Shown here one piece after another: positions 10,485 through 22,820 of a stretch of 50,246 bases of DNA. Each line of letters opens with the position of its first letter. Position 1 is the stretch's first letter. The stretch spans positions 6,938 through 57,183 of the forward strand of contig NW_025214981.1 of assembly GCF_004010195.1 (NCBI RefSeq), read 5' to 3'. The stretch is from Chiloscyllium plagiosum (lineage: Eukaryota). Below the pieces are notes generated by a model. The model was not told the DNA's origin. It did not search any database and saw only the letters and a list, made by a program, of their open reading frames with translations. The position numbers and the translations under genes are program-made.

Positions 10485-11800
10485 AGTCAGGATTGGAGTC
10501 AGATTGCAGGGTGACCAATGTTGTCCCACTTTTCAAGAAAGGTGGGAGAGAGAAAACAAGGAATTATAGACCAGTTAGCCTGATGTCAGTGGTGAGAAAG
10601 ATGCTGGAGTCAATTATAAAAGATTAAATTATGGTTCATTTGGATAGCAGTAATAGAATTTGTCAGAGTCAGCATGGATTTACAAAGGGGAATATACGGA
10701 CTTTGATTGAAAATTGGCTGGCTGACAGGAAGCAAAGAGTAGTGATAAACGCTTCCTGTCGGAATGGCAGGCAGTGACTAGTGGGGTACCACTAGGTTCG
10801 GCGCTGGGACCGCAGCTGTTTACAATATACATTAATAATATAGATGTACATATTAAAAGTAATATTAGCAAATTTGCTGATGACACAAAGCTGGGTGGCA
10901 GGGTGAAATGTGAGGAGGATATTATGAGAATACAGGTTAACTTGGATAGGCTAGATGAGTGGACGGATGCATAGCAAATGCAGTTTAATGTGGATAAATG
11001 TATAGTTATCCACTTTGGAAGCAAGAACAGGAAGGCAGATTACTATCTAAAAGGAGTCAAGTTTGGTAAAGGGGGAGTACAACGAGATCTAGATATTATT
11101 GTACATCAGTCAATGAAAGCAAGCATGCAGGTACAGCAGGTAGTGAAGAAAGCTCACTGCATGCTGGCCTTCATAACAAGAGGATTTGAGTATCGGAGCA
11201 AAGACGTCCATCTGCGGCTGTACAGGGCCCTGGTAAGACCGCACCTGGAGTATTATGTGCAGTTTTTGTCTCCACATTTGAGGAAGAGCATTGTGGCTAT
11301 TGAGGGAGTGTTGGAGAGGTTCACGAGGTTAATTCCCGGAATGGCGGAATGATCACATGTTGAAAGATTGGAGCGACTGAGCTTGTATACATTTGAGTTT
11401 AGAAGGCTGAGAGGGGATCTGATTGAGACCTACAAGATTATTAAAGGGTTGGACACTCTGGAGACAGGAAGCATGTTTCCACAAATGGGTGAGTCCAGAA
11501 CCAGAGGACACATTTTAAAAATAAGGGAGAGGCCATTTAGAACAGAGTTGAGGAGAAACCTCTTCACCCAGAGAGTAGTGGACACATGGAATGCACTGCC
11601 CCAGAAGGCAGTGGAGGCCAAGTCTCTGGATACTTTCAAGAAAGAGATGGATAGAGCTGTTAAGGATAATGGAATCAAGTGTTACGGAGATAAGGCAGGA
11701 ACAGGATAGTGATTGTGGACGATCAGCCATGATCATAATGAATGGTGGTGCTGACTCAAAGGGCAGAATGGCCTATTCCTGCACCTATTGTCTATTGTAC
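10485..11800 (+). mobile_element. CR1 LINE RT to 3' end, relatively well preserved, internal deletion near 10690
   Basis: NVVPLFKKG..GNYRPVSL, SGVPLGSALGPQLFTIYIN, SKFADDTKLGG, LYRALVRPHLEY and RRLRGDLIETYKI; ctattgtctattg tail; two in-frame stops. Confidence 0.92.
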
Positions 11801-12800
11801 CTTGTCCTTCCTACCTCATTCTGTGCCTTGCCCTTGCCTGCCTTGCCTGTCTAACTTCTCAACTGCACTCACCTCAGACTTACCTCCTTCCTCACTTTCT
11901 CTTTAGGTTTACCCCCACGCCCTCATTGGCTGAATGCCTCCCATGTAGCACTAGCAAATCTCCCTGCTTGGATATTAGACACCTTCCAATTCAGGTGTAA
12001 TCCATCCTTCTTATGTACGTGAATTCAACCCCAGCAGAGATTCAAATGATCCAAAAATGTGTATCCTTCTCCCCTGTATCAGCTCCTTGGCCACGCATTC
12101 ATCTGCTCTACCCTGCTATTCCTACTCTCACTAGCATGTGGCACCGGGAGTAATCCAGATATTACTACCCACAAGGACCTGCTTATTATCCTCCAGGCTA
12201 ATTTGCTATATTCTCTCATCAGGACTTCATCCTTTTCTCTTATGTCATTGGTACCAATGTACAGCGACCTCCCACTGATCATTCTCCCCTTTCAGAATAT
12301 TCTGCACCCTCGGAGCCATCCTTCACCCAGGCAGTACGGAGGCTCCACCCCATTCTGATGTCTCACTGTTAGCTACAGAAACTGCAGTCTGTGCTGCAGA
12401 CTAGAGAGCCCCCTATCACCACCGATCGCGTGGAACCTGATATACCTCACATGCCACTGGTAAGTTGGCTGTCAGTGCGATATTCCCCGGACAGTGTTAC
12501 CCCCGACGCTTTCCAAAACAGTATACTTGTTTGAGATGGAAATAACCACAGGAGACTCCTGCACTACTTGCCCTCCACTCCTCCCTTTCCGAGAGGAAAC
12601 CCATCTACCTGACTGGATCAGCAGTTTTCCTGCCTTTCTGAAACTGCCACCTATCACACACCCCGGCTCCTGTATATTCTTCATTACCTTCATTGTTCCA
12701 TCTGGTCCATGAAATCCTACAGGATTTGCATCCTCACTTCCTGCAGACAATCAGGATCACTGAAACTTTCCTTAATCTCCTAAATCCAACAGAAAGAGCA
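11800..12800 (-). mobile_element. CR1 LINE ORF1 esterase region, decayed
   Basis: IGTNDIREKDEVLMREYSKL..VVISGLLPVPHASESRNSRVEQMNAW (SGNH esterase-like) and QESPVVISISNKYTVLESVGG. Confidence 0.8.
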
Positions 12801-13044
12801 CATCACTGTACGAATGGCCATCTCTGCACCTTAACAGTCCACAGACCCAGAAAAAGGCACAGTCTTCCAGCTTTACAAAACACTACTCTAGAATAAATTA
12901 GTACCAATATTTTATATTAAAAAACTTAATCATAGTATCATAAGATGTGTATTTAAAGAGATAAAACGTCGCCCTACTGAATGTTGCAGCTTTACTAAAA
13001 TAAAACAGACTAAGATTTATCTTTGAAGAGACCGAAACCCACTG

Positions 13045-15020
13045 ATCTGTGAGTCACAGATAAACAGTACTAAACAGAACCTTCGCTCAAATTTGTCCCA
13101 CCCGATCAGATATCCGAACCTAATCTTATCCCTCTTGCCAGCACCTGGGCCATATCCCGCTAAATCTTTCCGATTCATGTCAAGTATCCAAATGCCTTTA
13201 AAATGCTTTAATTGTCAGCCTCCACCACTTCTTCTGGCAGCTTATTCCATACAAGCACCACTCTCTGCGTGAAAACGTTGCTCCTTAGTGCCCTTTTATA
13301 TCTTTCCCCTCTCACCCTCAACCTATGCTCTCTATTTCTGAACTCTCCTACTCAGGGAAAGATCTTGTCTGTTTACCCTATCCATGCTACTAATGATTTT
13401 ATAAACCTCAACGGAGGTCACTCCTCAGTCTCTGATGCTCCAGGGAAAGAAAGCCCCAGCCTTTTTGCTCTCTTCCTGCAGCTCAAACCCTGGCAATATC
13501 CTTGTCAATCTTTTCTGAACCCTTTAAAGTTTCACAACATCCTTCCGTTTGACGGAGAACAGAATTGCACACAATATTCCAAAAGTGGCCTAACCAATGT
13601 CCTGTACATGACCTTCCAACTTCTATACTCTGATCAATAAAGGAATGTATTCCAAACACTTTCTTCAATATCCTATCTACCTGCGACTCTATGTTTCAGG
13701 AAATATGAACCTTCACTGCAAGATATCTTTGTTCATCAACACTAGGTAGGAATTTGCTACTACGTGTATCAGTCCTGTTAGGATTTGCTTTTCCAAAATG
13801 CAGCACATCACATTTATCTGAATTAAACTCCATCTGCCACTTCTCACCCATCTGAACAACATCCTGTTGTAATCTGAGATAACCCTCTTCGCTGTCCACT
13901 GTACTTCCAATTTTTGTGTCATCTGCCAACTTACTAACTATACCTCCTATGCTCATATCTAAATCATATATATAAACGACGAAAAGTAGTGGACCCAGCA
14001 CTGATCCTTGCGGCATTCCACTGGTCACATGCCTCCAATCTGAAAAACAACCCTCCACCATCACCCTGCCTTCTACATGTGAGTCAGTTCTGTATCCAAA
14101 CGGCTAGCTCTCCCTGTATTCCATGAGATCTAACCTTGCTAACCAGTCTTCCATGGGGAAGCTTGTCGAGCGCCTTACTGAATTCCATAGATCATATCCA
14201 CCTCTCTGCCCTCATCAATCCTCTTTGATACATCTTCAAATAACTCAATCAAGTTTCTGAGACATGATTTCCCACGCACATTGTCATGCTGGCTATCACT
14301 AATCAATCCTTGCTTTTCAGAATACACGCACATCTTGTTCCTCAGGATTCCCTCCAACAACTTGCCCAGCATCAATGTCAGGCTCACCGGTCGATAGTTC
14401 CCTGGCTTGTACTTACCACCTTTCTTAAATAGCGGCACCACGTTAACTAACCTCTCGTCTTTCGGCATCTCACCTGTGATAATCAATGATACAAATATCT
14501 CAGCAAGACGCCCAGCAACCACATTTCCAGCTTCCCACAGAGTTCTCGGGGCCACCTGATCAGGTGCTGGGGATTAACCAAGATTTACGGGTTACAAGAC
14601 ACCCAGCACCAAGAGGCCCAGCAATCACATTCCCAGCTTCCCACAGAGTTCTCGGGGCCACCTGATCAGGTGCTGGGGATTAACCAAGATTTACGGGTTA
14701 CAAGACACCCAGCACCTCCTCTGTAAGATGGACATATTCAACATGTCGACATCTATTTCCCCACATTCTATATTGCCCATGTCCTTCTCCACAGTACAAC
14801 CGATACAAAATATTCAGTCAGTATCTCTCCCATCTCCTGCGGCTCCACGCGTAGGCTACCTTGCTGATCTTTGAGGAGCCCTATTCTCTCGAGTTACCCT
14901 TTTGTTCTTAATGTATTTATAAACACCCTTGGGATTATTCATAACCCTATTTGTCAAAGCTATGTCATGTCCCCTTTTTGCCCTCCTGATTTCCCTCTTA
15001 AAGTATACTCCTACTGTCTT
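13045..15020 (-). mobile_element. CR1 LINE ORF2 RT and 3'UTR, decayed
   Basis: NVVPLFKKGGKYKPGNYRPVSLT, GKSCLRNLIELFE, SGMPQGSVLGPLLFVVYI, SKLADDTKIG. Confidence 0.92.
14504..14715. repeat. 106-bp tandem duplication inside CR1
   Basis: caaga(c/g)gcccagcaa..ccagcttcccacagagttctcggggccacctgatcaggtgctggggattaaccaagatttacgggttacaagacacccagcac occurs at 14504 and 14610. Confidence 0.92.
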
Positions 15021-15034
15021 TAATGCTCAGGGAT

Positions 15035-15680
15035 TTTTGGATTGGAATAAATGCAAAATATTACATCTTGAAAAAACAAAAGAGGGCAGACTTATACTAA
15101 TTAAAAACAGGGCCTCGAGTAGTGATATGGAACAAAGAGGCCGAGGGATTCGGGTCTTTCAAGTCTGTGTCACATGTAGACAGGGTGGTTAAGAAGGTGT
15201 TTAGCACACTCGCCTTCATTGCTCAGACCTTTGAGTACAAGAGTTGGGATGTTGTTTTGGATGCTGGGGAGGCCTTTTCTGGAATTCTGTGTCCAGTTCT
15301 GGTCATGCTGACATCGGGAGGACATTTTGAAGTTGGAGCGGATTCAGAAGAGATTTACCAGGATGTTGATGGGAATGGATAGTTTGAATTATAAGCAGAG
15401 GATGGATAGGCTGCGACTTCTTTCACTGGCACGCAGGAGGCTGAGGAGTGACCTTATTAGATGTTTCTCAAATCATGGAGGGGTGGTATCAGTAACGTGA
15501 ACAGCAGGTGTCCTTTCCAGGAAGGGACGCAATTCAAAACTGGGTGCATGTCTTTTAAGGTGACAGCAGAACGGCTTTAAAAAGGCCTTTGGGATTTTTT
15601 TTTATTTTTGTTCAGATAATGGTTTATGTGTGAAATGAACTATCAGAGGAAGTGGTAGTTGTGAATCAAATTACAATTTG
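15035..15680 (+). mobile_element. Old CR1 LINE RT 3' fragment
   Basis: NKCKILHL, VDRVVKKVFSTLAFIAQTFEYKSWDVVL, RRLRSDL; many indels. Confidence 0.75.
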
Positions 15681-15682
15681 AG

Positions 15683-15820
15683 GGTAGCACAGTGGCTCAG
15701 TGATTAGCACTGCTGCCAGGGCCCCAAGTTCGATTCCAGCTTTGGACAACTGTCTCTGTGGGACTTGCACATTCTCCCAGTGTCTGCATGCGTTTCTTCC
15801 AGGTGCTCCAGTTTCCTCCC
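15683..15820 (+). mobile_element. HE1-like V-SINE 5' half (tRNA-derived head)
   Basis: A-box-like TGGCTCAGTGATTAG, B-box-like GTTCGATTCC, then the V-core-like tgcacattctccc..gtgtctgc..ggtgctcc.gtttcctccc. Confidence 0.8.
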
Positions 15821-16460
15821 TAATGAAAGAGCAGCCCTATGGTCTGGTAGGACAATGCTGCCTTTACCTTTTACACAGTGATGCCACTGTGCATCGGGGG
15901 TGGGGAGAGGGAATGCTGAAGTTAGTGGATGGGACACCACTCAGGCACAGTGGTTTGTCCTGGAGGATGTTCACTTTATTTAATATTGTTGGGAGCCGCA
16001 CTGATGCAGGCAAGTGGAGAATGTTCCAACACAATCCTGATGTGTGCCTTATAGAGAGCAAACAGACATTGGGGAATCAGGGGTTTTGGGAAACTGAGGT
16101 TGTTCTCCTTGCAGCAAAGGCAATTGAGAGGAGCTGTGACAGAGGGGTTTAGAAAGTTACACGTTATAATAATAAATCTTATACCCATAAGCTCATTATA
16201 CAAGGATTACAGGACACACATTAAAGGTTTGGGAATGAAACTGGATGGACCACTTGGCATCTAACCATGCATTAGAAAATACAACCACAGAATCAGCCCT
16301 CTCGACTCTGCAACATCCTGCTCACTAACATCTGTTTTTTTGTGACAAAACTTGGCGAGCTGTCTCACAGACTAGTCAAGGAACAGCCTGACATAGTCAT
16401 ACTCACAGAGTAACCCCTTATAGATAATGACCAGACACAACCATCACCATCCCTAGATAT

Positions 16461-16625
16461 CGAGAGTGTGATGATGGAAAAGCACAACAGGTCAGGCAGC
16501 ATCCGAGGAGCAGGAGAATCGACGTTTCGAGCCTAACCCCTTCATCAGCCTGACCTGCTGTGCTTTTCCAGCACCACACTCTCGACTCTGATCTCCAGCA
16601 TCTGCAGTCTTCACTTTCTCCTGAA
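16461..16625. mobile_element. PLE-derived non-coding mini-element with inverted arms
   Basis: 37-bp inverted arms (16461-16497 and 16548-16584, 3 mismatches) built from PLE terminal-repeat sequence. Flanked by atccctagatat (16449-16460) and atctctggatat (16626-16637); interrupts the host LINE at TITIP|GYVLSH. Confidence 0.85.
16521..16548 (-). ncRNA. Minimal hammerhead ribozyme core (core boxes intact)
   Basis: Minus strand reads CTGATGA-A-GGG-GTTAGG-CTC-GAAAC-GTC. The 5' strand of helix I is replaced by the inverted arm. Confidence 0.7.
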
Positions 16626-18029
16626 ATCTCTGGATATGTCCTGTCCCACCAGCAGGACAGACCAGGCAGAAGGGATGGCACAGTAGTGTACACACAGGAA
16701 CCATTTGCCCTTAGAGTACTCATCATTGACCTTGGACACCAGGAAGTCTCATGGCTCCTGCTGATTACCACGTAGCGTGCTCCCACAGCTGATGAATCAG
16801 TGCTCCTCCGTGTTGAATAACACTGGGAGGAAGCACTGAGGCAATATAATGGTGACAAGCCTACTCTGGGTACAGGATTTCAATGTTTTCTACCAAGAGT
16901 AGCTCAGCAGCAGGATTACTGACTGAGCTTGTCATGTCCTCAAGGACATAGCTGCTCAACTGGGTTTGCAGCAGGCGGTAACGGAACCAGCAAGAGGGTA
17001 AAAAATACTAGATCTTATCAGTATGGATCTACCAGGTGAAAATGCATCTGTCCATGACAGTATCGGTAAGAGCGACCATCCCACAGTCTTTTTGGAGACA
17101 AAGCCTCACCTTAAAGTTGAGAAAAACCTCCATTGTGCTGAGTGGTACTATCACCCTGCTAAATGGGACAGATGTAGGAACTCAAACTGGATCTCTTTGA
17201 GGCACTGTGGGATAACAACAGCAGCAGAACTGTACTCCAGCACAATCTGTAATCTCATGGGTTTGTAAATCCCTCACTCACCCATTACAATGGACAGGAA
17301 AGGACAGCATGCCATGAGCAGCACCAGACAGATCAAAAAATGAAGTGCCAACCTGGTGAAACTACCAAGAAGGACTACCTGCATCAAACAGCATCAGCAG
17401 CAAGCAACAGAGCTAAGTGATCCCACAACCAATGGATCAGATCAGAGTTCTGCCACACCCAGTTGTGAATGGTAATGGACAATAAAACAACTCATTGCAG
17501 GAAGCACCACAGATATTCCCACCCTTACTGATGGAGGGGTTTCACACATCCATGCAAAAGATAAGATGACAGAATTTGCAGTAATTTTAAGCCAGATGCA
17601 AAGTTGGATGATCCATCTCAGCCATCTCCAGTGGTTCCTAACGCCACAGATGTGAGCTTTAAGCCAGTTCAATTTAGTTCGAACAATATCGAGAAATGGT
17701 TAAGTCGTGTAAAGGCTACGGGCCCTGCCAATATGCTGGCAATAATATTGATAGCTTGTGCTCCGGAACTTGCCACCCACCAAACCACGTACCGCTCCAG
17801 CACTGGCATCGACCGACAATGTAGAACATTGCCCAGGCATGTTCAACACAAAAACACAGGGCAAATCCAACTCAGGCAATTTCCCTCCATCAGTCCACAC
17901 TCGATCAGCAGTAAAGTGATGGAAGTAGTCATTAACAGGGCTATCAAGCAACAGCTGCTCAGCAACAACCAGGTGAGCGACACTCATTTTAGGGTCCACC
18001 AGGGCCACTCAGCTCCCGATTGTGTTACC

Positions 18030-19485
18030 GCCTGATTCACAACCTGACAACTAACTGAATCCCAGAGGTGAGGTGAGTGTGACAGCCCAGTCCCAATCCA
18101 GGATCACTAATTCTTGCTGATTCCATTCTCATCTCAGCTCATATACTGAAACTCTCATCCATCGTGTGTTATCTCCAGACTTAATTATCCAAATACACTC
18201 CTGGCCAGCCGCCCAGATTCAACCTCTCTGTAATCTCAAGAAAAAAATGAAAGCTCTATCACCCACGTGGTCACTTCTCCCCAAACATGTTCATCCGTCA
18301 AAAGGCTCCTATTTATAAGCAACAACAATTTAAAATTCTCATTCTTAATTTGATTCCTGGCTGTTATCATCCCGAGCTCCCTGCACCACACATCCTCTGT
18401 CGAGGTCTCAACCCATTTTCTTCAAGACTCGCAACGATTTGTTAATTCATTACTTCAACTGTGTGGCTGATTCTACTGTTACTAAAGCAACGTGGTCAGG
18501 AATTTGCAGACAAACCTCACAGGTCTGCTTTCCACCTTTAAGACATCCCTCAAAACCTGCTTTTTGGCAATGCTTTTGGTCACCTGACCTAAAATCTCCA
18601 TCCCTGGCCTTATATTTAAAGTTCTCAACAGTATTTTCGTGACATTATAAGCATGATAATGTCCAAATCAAGGACAGTTGTAGTTTTATTATCTTCGAAT
18701 AATCACTGTTGCTGTCATGAATACTCTGTAATGTCTCTTACCCAACCACATTGTGGGCCTGATTCACAACCTGACAACTAACTGAATCCCAGAGGTGAGG
18801 TGGGTGTGACAGCCCAGTCCCAATCCAGGATCACTAATTCTTGCTGATTCCACTCTCATCTCAGCTCATATACTGAAACTCTCATCCATCGTGTGTTATC
18901 TCCAGACTTAATTATCCAAATATACTCCTGGCCAGCCGCCCGAATTCAACCTCCCTGTAATCTCAAGAAAAAAATGAAAGCTCTATCGCCCACGTGGTCA
19001 CTTCTCCCCAAACATGTTCATCCGTCAAAAGGCTCCTCTTTATAAGCAACAACAATTTAAAATTCTCATTCTTAATTTGATTCCTGGCTGTTATCATCCC
19101 GAGCTCCCTGCACCACACATCCTCTGTCGAGGTCTCAACCCATTTTCTTCAAGACTCGCAACGATTTGTGAATTCATCACTTCAACTGTGTGGCTGATTC
19201 TACAGTTACTAAAGCAACATGGTCTGCAATTTGCAGACAAAGCCTCACAGGTCTACTTTCCACCTTTAAGACATCCCTCAAAACCTGCTTTTTGGCAATG
19301 CTTTTGGTCACCTGACCTAAAATCTCCATCCCTGGCCTTATATTTAAAGTTCTCAACAGTATTTTTGTGAAATTATAAGCATGATGATAAAACTACAAAC
19401 AGTTCTTGATTTGGACATTATCTTCAAATCGTCACTATTGCTGTAATGAATACTCTATAATGTCTCTTACCCAACCACATTGTGG
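18030..19485. repeat. ~727-bp tandem duplication (LINE remnant plus L2-like 3' end)
   Basis: The unit starts gcctgattcacaacctgacaactaactgaatcc at 18030 and 18757, and both copies end with cccaaccacattgtgg. It contains an ETLIH..SRL.Y-like segment and ctttaagacatccctcaaaacc, typical of L2 3' ends. Confidence 0.95.
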
Positions 19486-19879
19486 AAGCACCTTCACCAC
19501 ACAAACTGCAGCTGTACAAGAAAGTCAAACATCACCCTCTCCACAGGCAACAGGGCTTTGGCATTAATCACTGGTATCTGTGGAAGGAGAAACACAGTTG
19601 ATGTTTGACGGAGTGTAAAACGGATTACAGGGAATGAAAATGAAAAATAGTAATCTGATAATAGAGCAGCACATGGTTAGGGGCTGGGCAGCAGTGAAAA
19701 ACTAATTTACAAAGGGTCTATAAAAGTAATAATACAGTACATACAGACCAAATATACACCCATGGTTCGAGACTGAGGAAGCTAGATATTGACAAAGTGG
19801 TTATGAGGGAGCCCAGAGGTAAATCAGAGCAGTATTGGCTGCTTTGATCACAATGACTCTTAACTAGAGAAAGGCTGCA

Positions 19880-20350
19880 CATGCACCTGGCTGCAGCTTG
19901 CCCCCTACAAAGATGGCTGCGGTGCACATGTCTAGTGAATCATTGTCCCGAATAAAGATGGCGGCGCTCACTCAGGCCTGCAGACGCGCTGAGGCAATTC
20001 CACTTTTACTGCAAACACGGGACTGAGACGTTCAAATTTGTGTTTACGACGTGCACAATTTGTTTGTAAAACCTCCCCGCTCATAGCAACACAGTTTTTC
20101 TCCCGTTTCCCTGTTTATTTCTTTCCTTATCGTATCCTTTCTCTCCATAACTTCCTGAAGATTCATTGCAGTGACTGTGCGCCGCGCGCGCGGGTGATCA
20201 CATGGTTGTTTAGCTCCGCCCTTCATTCACTTTGGTTTGAGGACTAACCTCCCGCTCGGTCATCCAGCTCCGCCCACCGTCCTTTCATTGTTCCAGTGCT
20301 GACATCAATCACTCGGGGTCGTATTGTTGGCTAGAGCATGCGCAGTGTGT
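19880..20350 (-). promoter_or_regulatory. Promoter-like cassette B (CpG-rich, possibly bidirectional)
   Basis: AAGATGGCTGC at 19910 and AAGATGGCGGC at 19955 (YY1-like), gcgccgcgcgcgcgg, two CTCCGCCC GC boxes (20214, 20268), NRF1-like GCATGCGCA at 20336. Colinear with 24900-25345. Confidence 0.65.
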
Positions 20351-20559
20351 CCTGCTTCAGCTGAGATGTTGGGTAATGTGATGGGAGAGTTTGCTGAGGG
20401 TAAGAATTTCCTTTGTGTGAGCTGTGCAGATTTCCTTTATTCATGGAGGGAATTGCCATCCTACTCATGACTGTACAGCTGTGATTGATGAATCAATGCC
20501 ATCTGAACCAGTACATAAACACCTCATTTTCACATCTGAGATCTTTTGCACATTGTATC

Positions 20560-21560
20560 ACGCTCTTCTTTAGAAACGAAAAAGCATGAAACGAATCCTC
20601 AAGGAATCGGAGCAGGCATTCATTCCCTTCAGCTTGTTTCCCCATTCGATCAGATCATGGCTGGGCCAACTCAGACCTCAACACCTCTTTTATGCTTGAT
20701 CCACATAGCCCTCAACTGCTCAATATTTCAAAAATCTATCTGCCCTCTTTTAAAATAATTTGAGATAGAATCATAGATTCTCTACTGTGTAAAAACAGGC
20801 ACTTCAGCCAAACAAGCCAGAACAACCCGCCGAAGAGTAAACCAACCATTCCCCTCCCACATTTAACTTTCAGAATTGTTTGGGTGAGAAAATTCTATCC
20901 ATTCACTGAGAGAAAAAAATCTTTACTTTTTCTAAAATGAATGTTCCCTTATGTAATATCCCCTGGTTAGAGACTTCACTGGTGCGAGAAGATCTAGTCA
21001 ACATCTACTCTGTCAAGCTCCTCAGAATCTTGTTTCCATAAGATCAACCCTGCTTATCTATTCTTGATACGTCAACCCTTTCGCCCTCGAAGCACCTAAG
21101 TAAATCTTTTCTGAATGGTCTCCGAAGTTAGTTTATCCTTTATTAAATATGGGAGCTATCATTGTATACAGCACTGCAAGTGAGGACTCAGCAACAGCCA
21201 GTGTGGTTAACCAATTCCCAATCCATGCTAATACATTACACCGATACCATGAGCTCCGAAATTGTGCAATTAACGTTTATGTAGCACCTTATCATTTGCA
21301 TTTTTAAATCCAAATACAGAACATCATTGGATTGCCCTTTATCATCCCTGCTTGTTATCTCCTCAATGAACTGTTGCGAATTTGTCAAATATAGTTTCTC
21401 TTTCACAAAACCCAGTCTACCATGTTTAATGATAAGCTTTTCTAAATGTCCTGCAATTTCTTACTTTAATATTCGACTCTGTAGATTCTTTCACAAGATT
21501 TGCTAGGTATGATTCCCCTCTCTTAAATCCATGCGGGGTCTGTCCAATCCTGTCACTGTT
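20560..21560 (-). mobile_element. Old CR1 fragments with an embedded HE1-like 3' piece (~20765-20860)
   Basis: CR1-type 3'UTR (ggagcaggcattc..cccattcgatcagatcatggctg) and RT remnants (agcaccttatc..gcatttttaaatccaaata). Confidence 0.55.
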
Positions 21561-22195
21561 CAGTAAGAAACTCGACTGTACTCCAATGTAGTTTGTAAAT
21601 GTATCTATTTATTTTTAAAAATTGATTACTTATCAATGCTGGACCCATGCAATATCAATAAATTAGTGACTCTGAATTTGGGTTATAATGTTTTTTCTGT
21701 TAATTCCTTTTCGTACTGTGTTATGCAGACAGCACCAAGTGATCACTCTTAATTGTGAGTAACTTTGAAAATAATATATTTTTAAAATAACATCCCAAAA
21801 TGCTGCCTCATTATTGTGCAAGGAGAATTTTGCATTCAATAGTTTGCAGATAAAATTGAACAGATTTTTGCTGCAATTTTGCCAGACTGCAGGTTACACC
21901 AAAGTGGCAACTCTGCTCTCTAACTCTTACTTGACACTGCCCAAGGCGATACTGATGGGACTTCACTTTGACATTCTTGTTCACCAGCTTTATTTCAGGT
22001 TTAATCGTATAATCATTCTCGAGCTTGTAATTTTAGACAACTTCTCTTTTAGGTACGTATGTAAATATCATACTGAAATGTTGCACTGAATGGTACCAAA
22101 TCTGAAATTAGTCTCTAATCTGACAGTAACATGCTCTGACCCTTCTGCATATGTATTGGCATAAGCCTATGCCAGTTATTTTTCTGAAGCCTGTG

Positions 22196-22325
22196 ATTCC
22201 TGATGAATGGCTTATGCCCGAATCATCAACTCTCCTGCTTCTCGATGCTGCCTGACTTGCTGTGCTTTTCCAGCATGACACTTTTCGACTCTGATGTCCA
22301 GCTTCTTTGGTCATCACTTTCTCCT
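22196..22325 (+). mobile_element. Solo PLE terminal-repeat fragment beginning at a decayed hammerhead motif
   Basis: CTGATGA-ATGGC-TTAT-GCCC-GAATC-ATC at 22200, followed by gatgctgcctgacttgctgtgcttttccagca..ctctgatgtccagc..tcactttctcc, matching 16548-16621. Confidence 0.8.
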
Positions 22326-22694
22326 TTGATCAACAAAAATTATTCGTGGTTTAATCTTCTCTTAGTGCAATGCGAACCAATTCATGAAATTCAGATATCT
22401 CACATTTACCTTAACTATGTGAAGGCTAAGACATTACTAAATTATTGTCAGTAATTGAAACCGTGCTGACAAACTTGTGCAGTATCAGTGCCTCAGCTTT
22501 AGTGTGTTCCCAGATATCATGCAGCTGCAGTATTTTGTTTTGCACTCAGCTATATGTTGTTCTCACTTGTAACTTTGTGAAAGATTACAAAATGAATTGG
22601 ATGAATGAACTTATGATTTCTTTAGCCAATGTTGGGGGAAAATAAAGTCAGTATTTCAAGTGTTGATAAAGTAAAATAAACTGATAATCAGTAG

Positions 22695-22820
22695 AAAGGG
22701 TTTAAGATGGATATGTAACAAATGCTGGCAAATGGGACTAGATTAATTTTGGATATCTGGTCAGTATGGGCAAGTTGGAGTGAAGGGTCGGATTTTGTGT
22801 TGTACAACTGTGACTTCATT
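22695..22820 (+). mobile_element. CR1 3'UTR fragment
   Basis: aatgctggcaaatgggactagattaattttggatatctggtcagtatgg is homologous to 5404-5452. Confidence 0.75.

Larger units (their letters stand above)
15850..18090 (+). mobile_element. APE-endonuclease/RT non-LTR retrotransposon distinct from the CR1 copies here, decayed (clade not assigned)
   Basis: LGELSHRLVKEQPDIVILTE..DTTITIP|GYVLSHQQDRPGRRDGTVVY, SIGKSDHPTV, KATGPANMLAIILIACAPELA, ISPHSISSKVMEVVINRAIKQQL. Confidence 0.75.

Noticed and set aside
15683..15745. tRNA gene
   Set aside because: A and B boxes are present but no cloverleaf forms, and the sequence continues into a SINE core.
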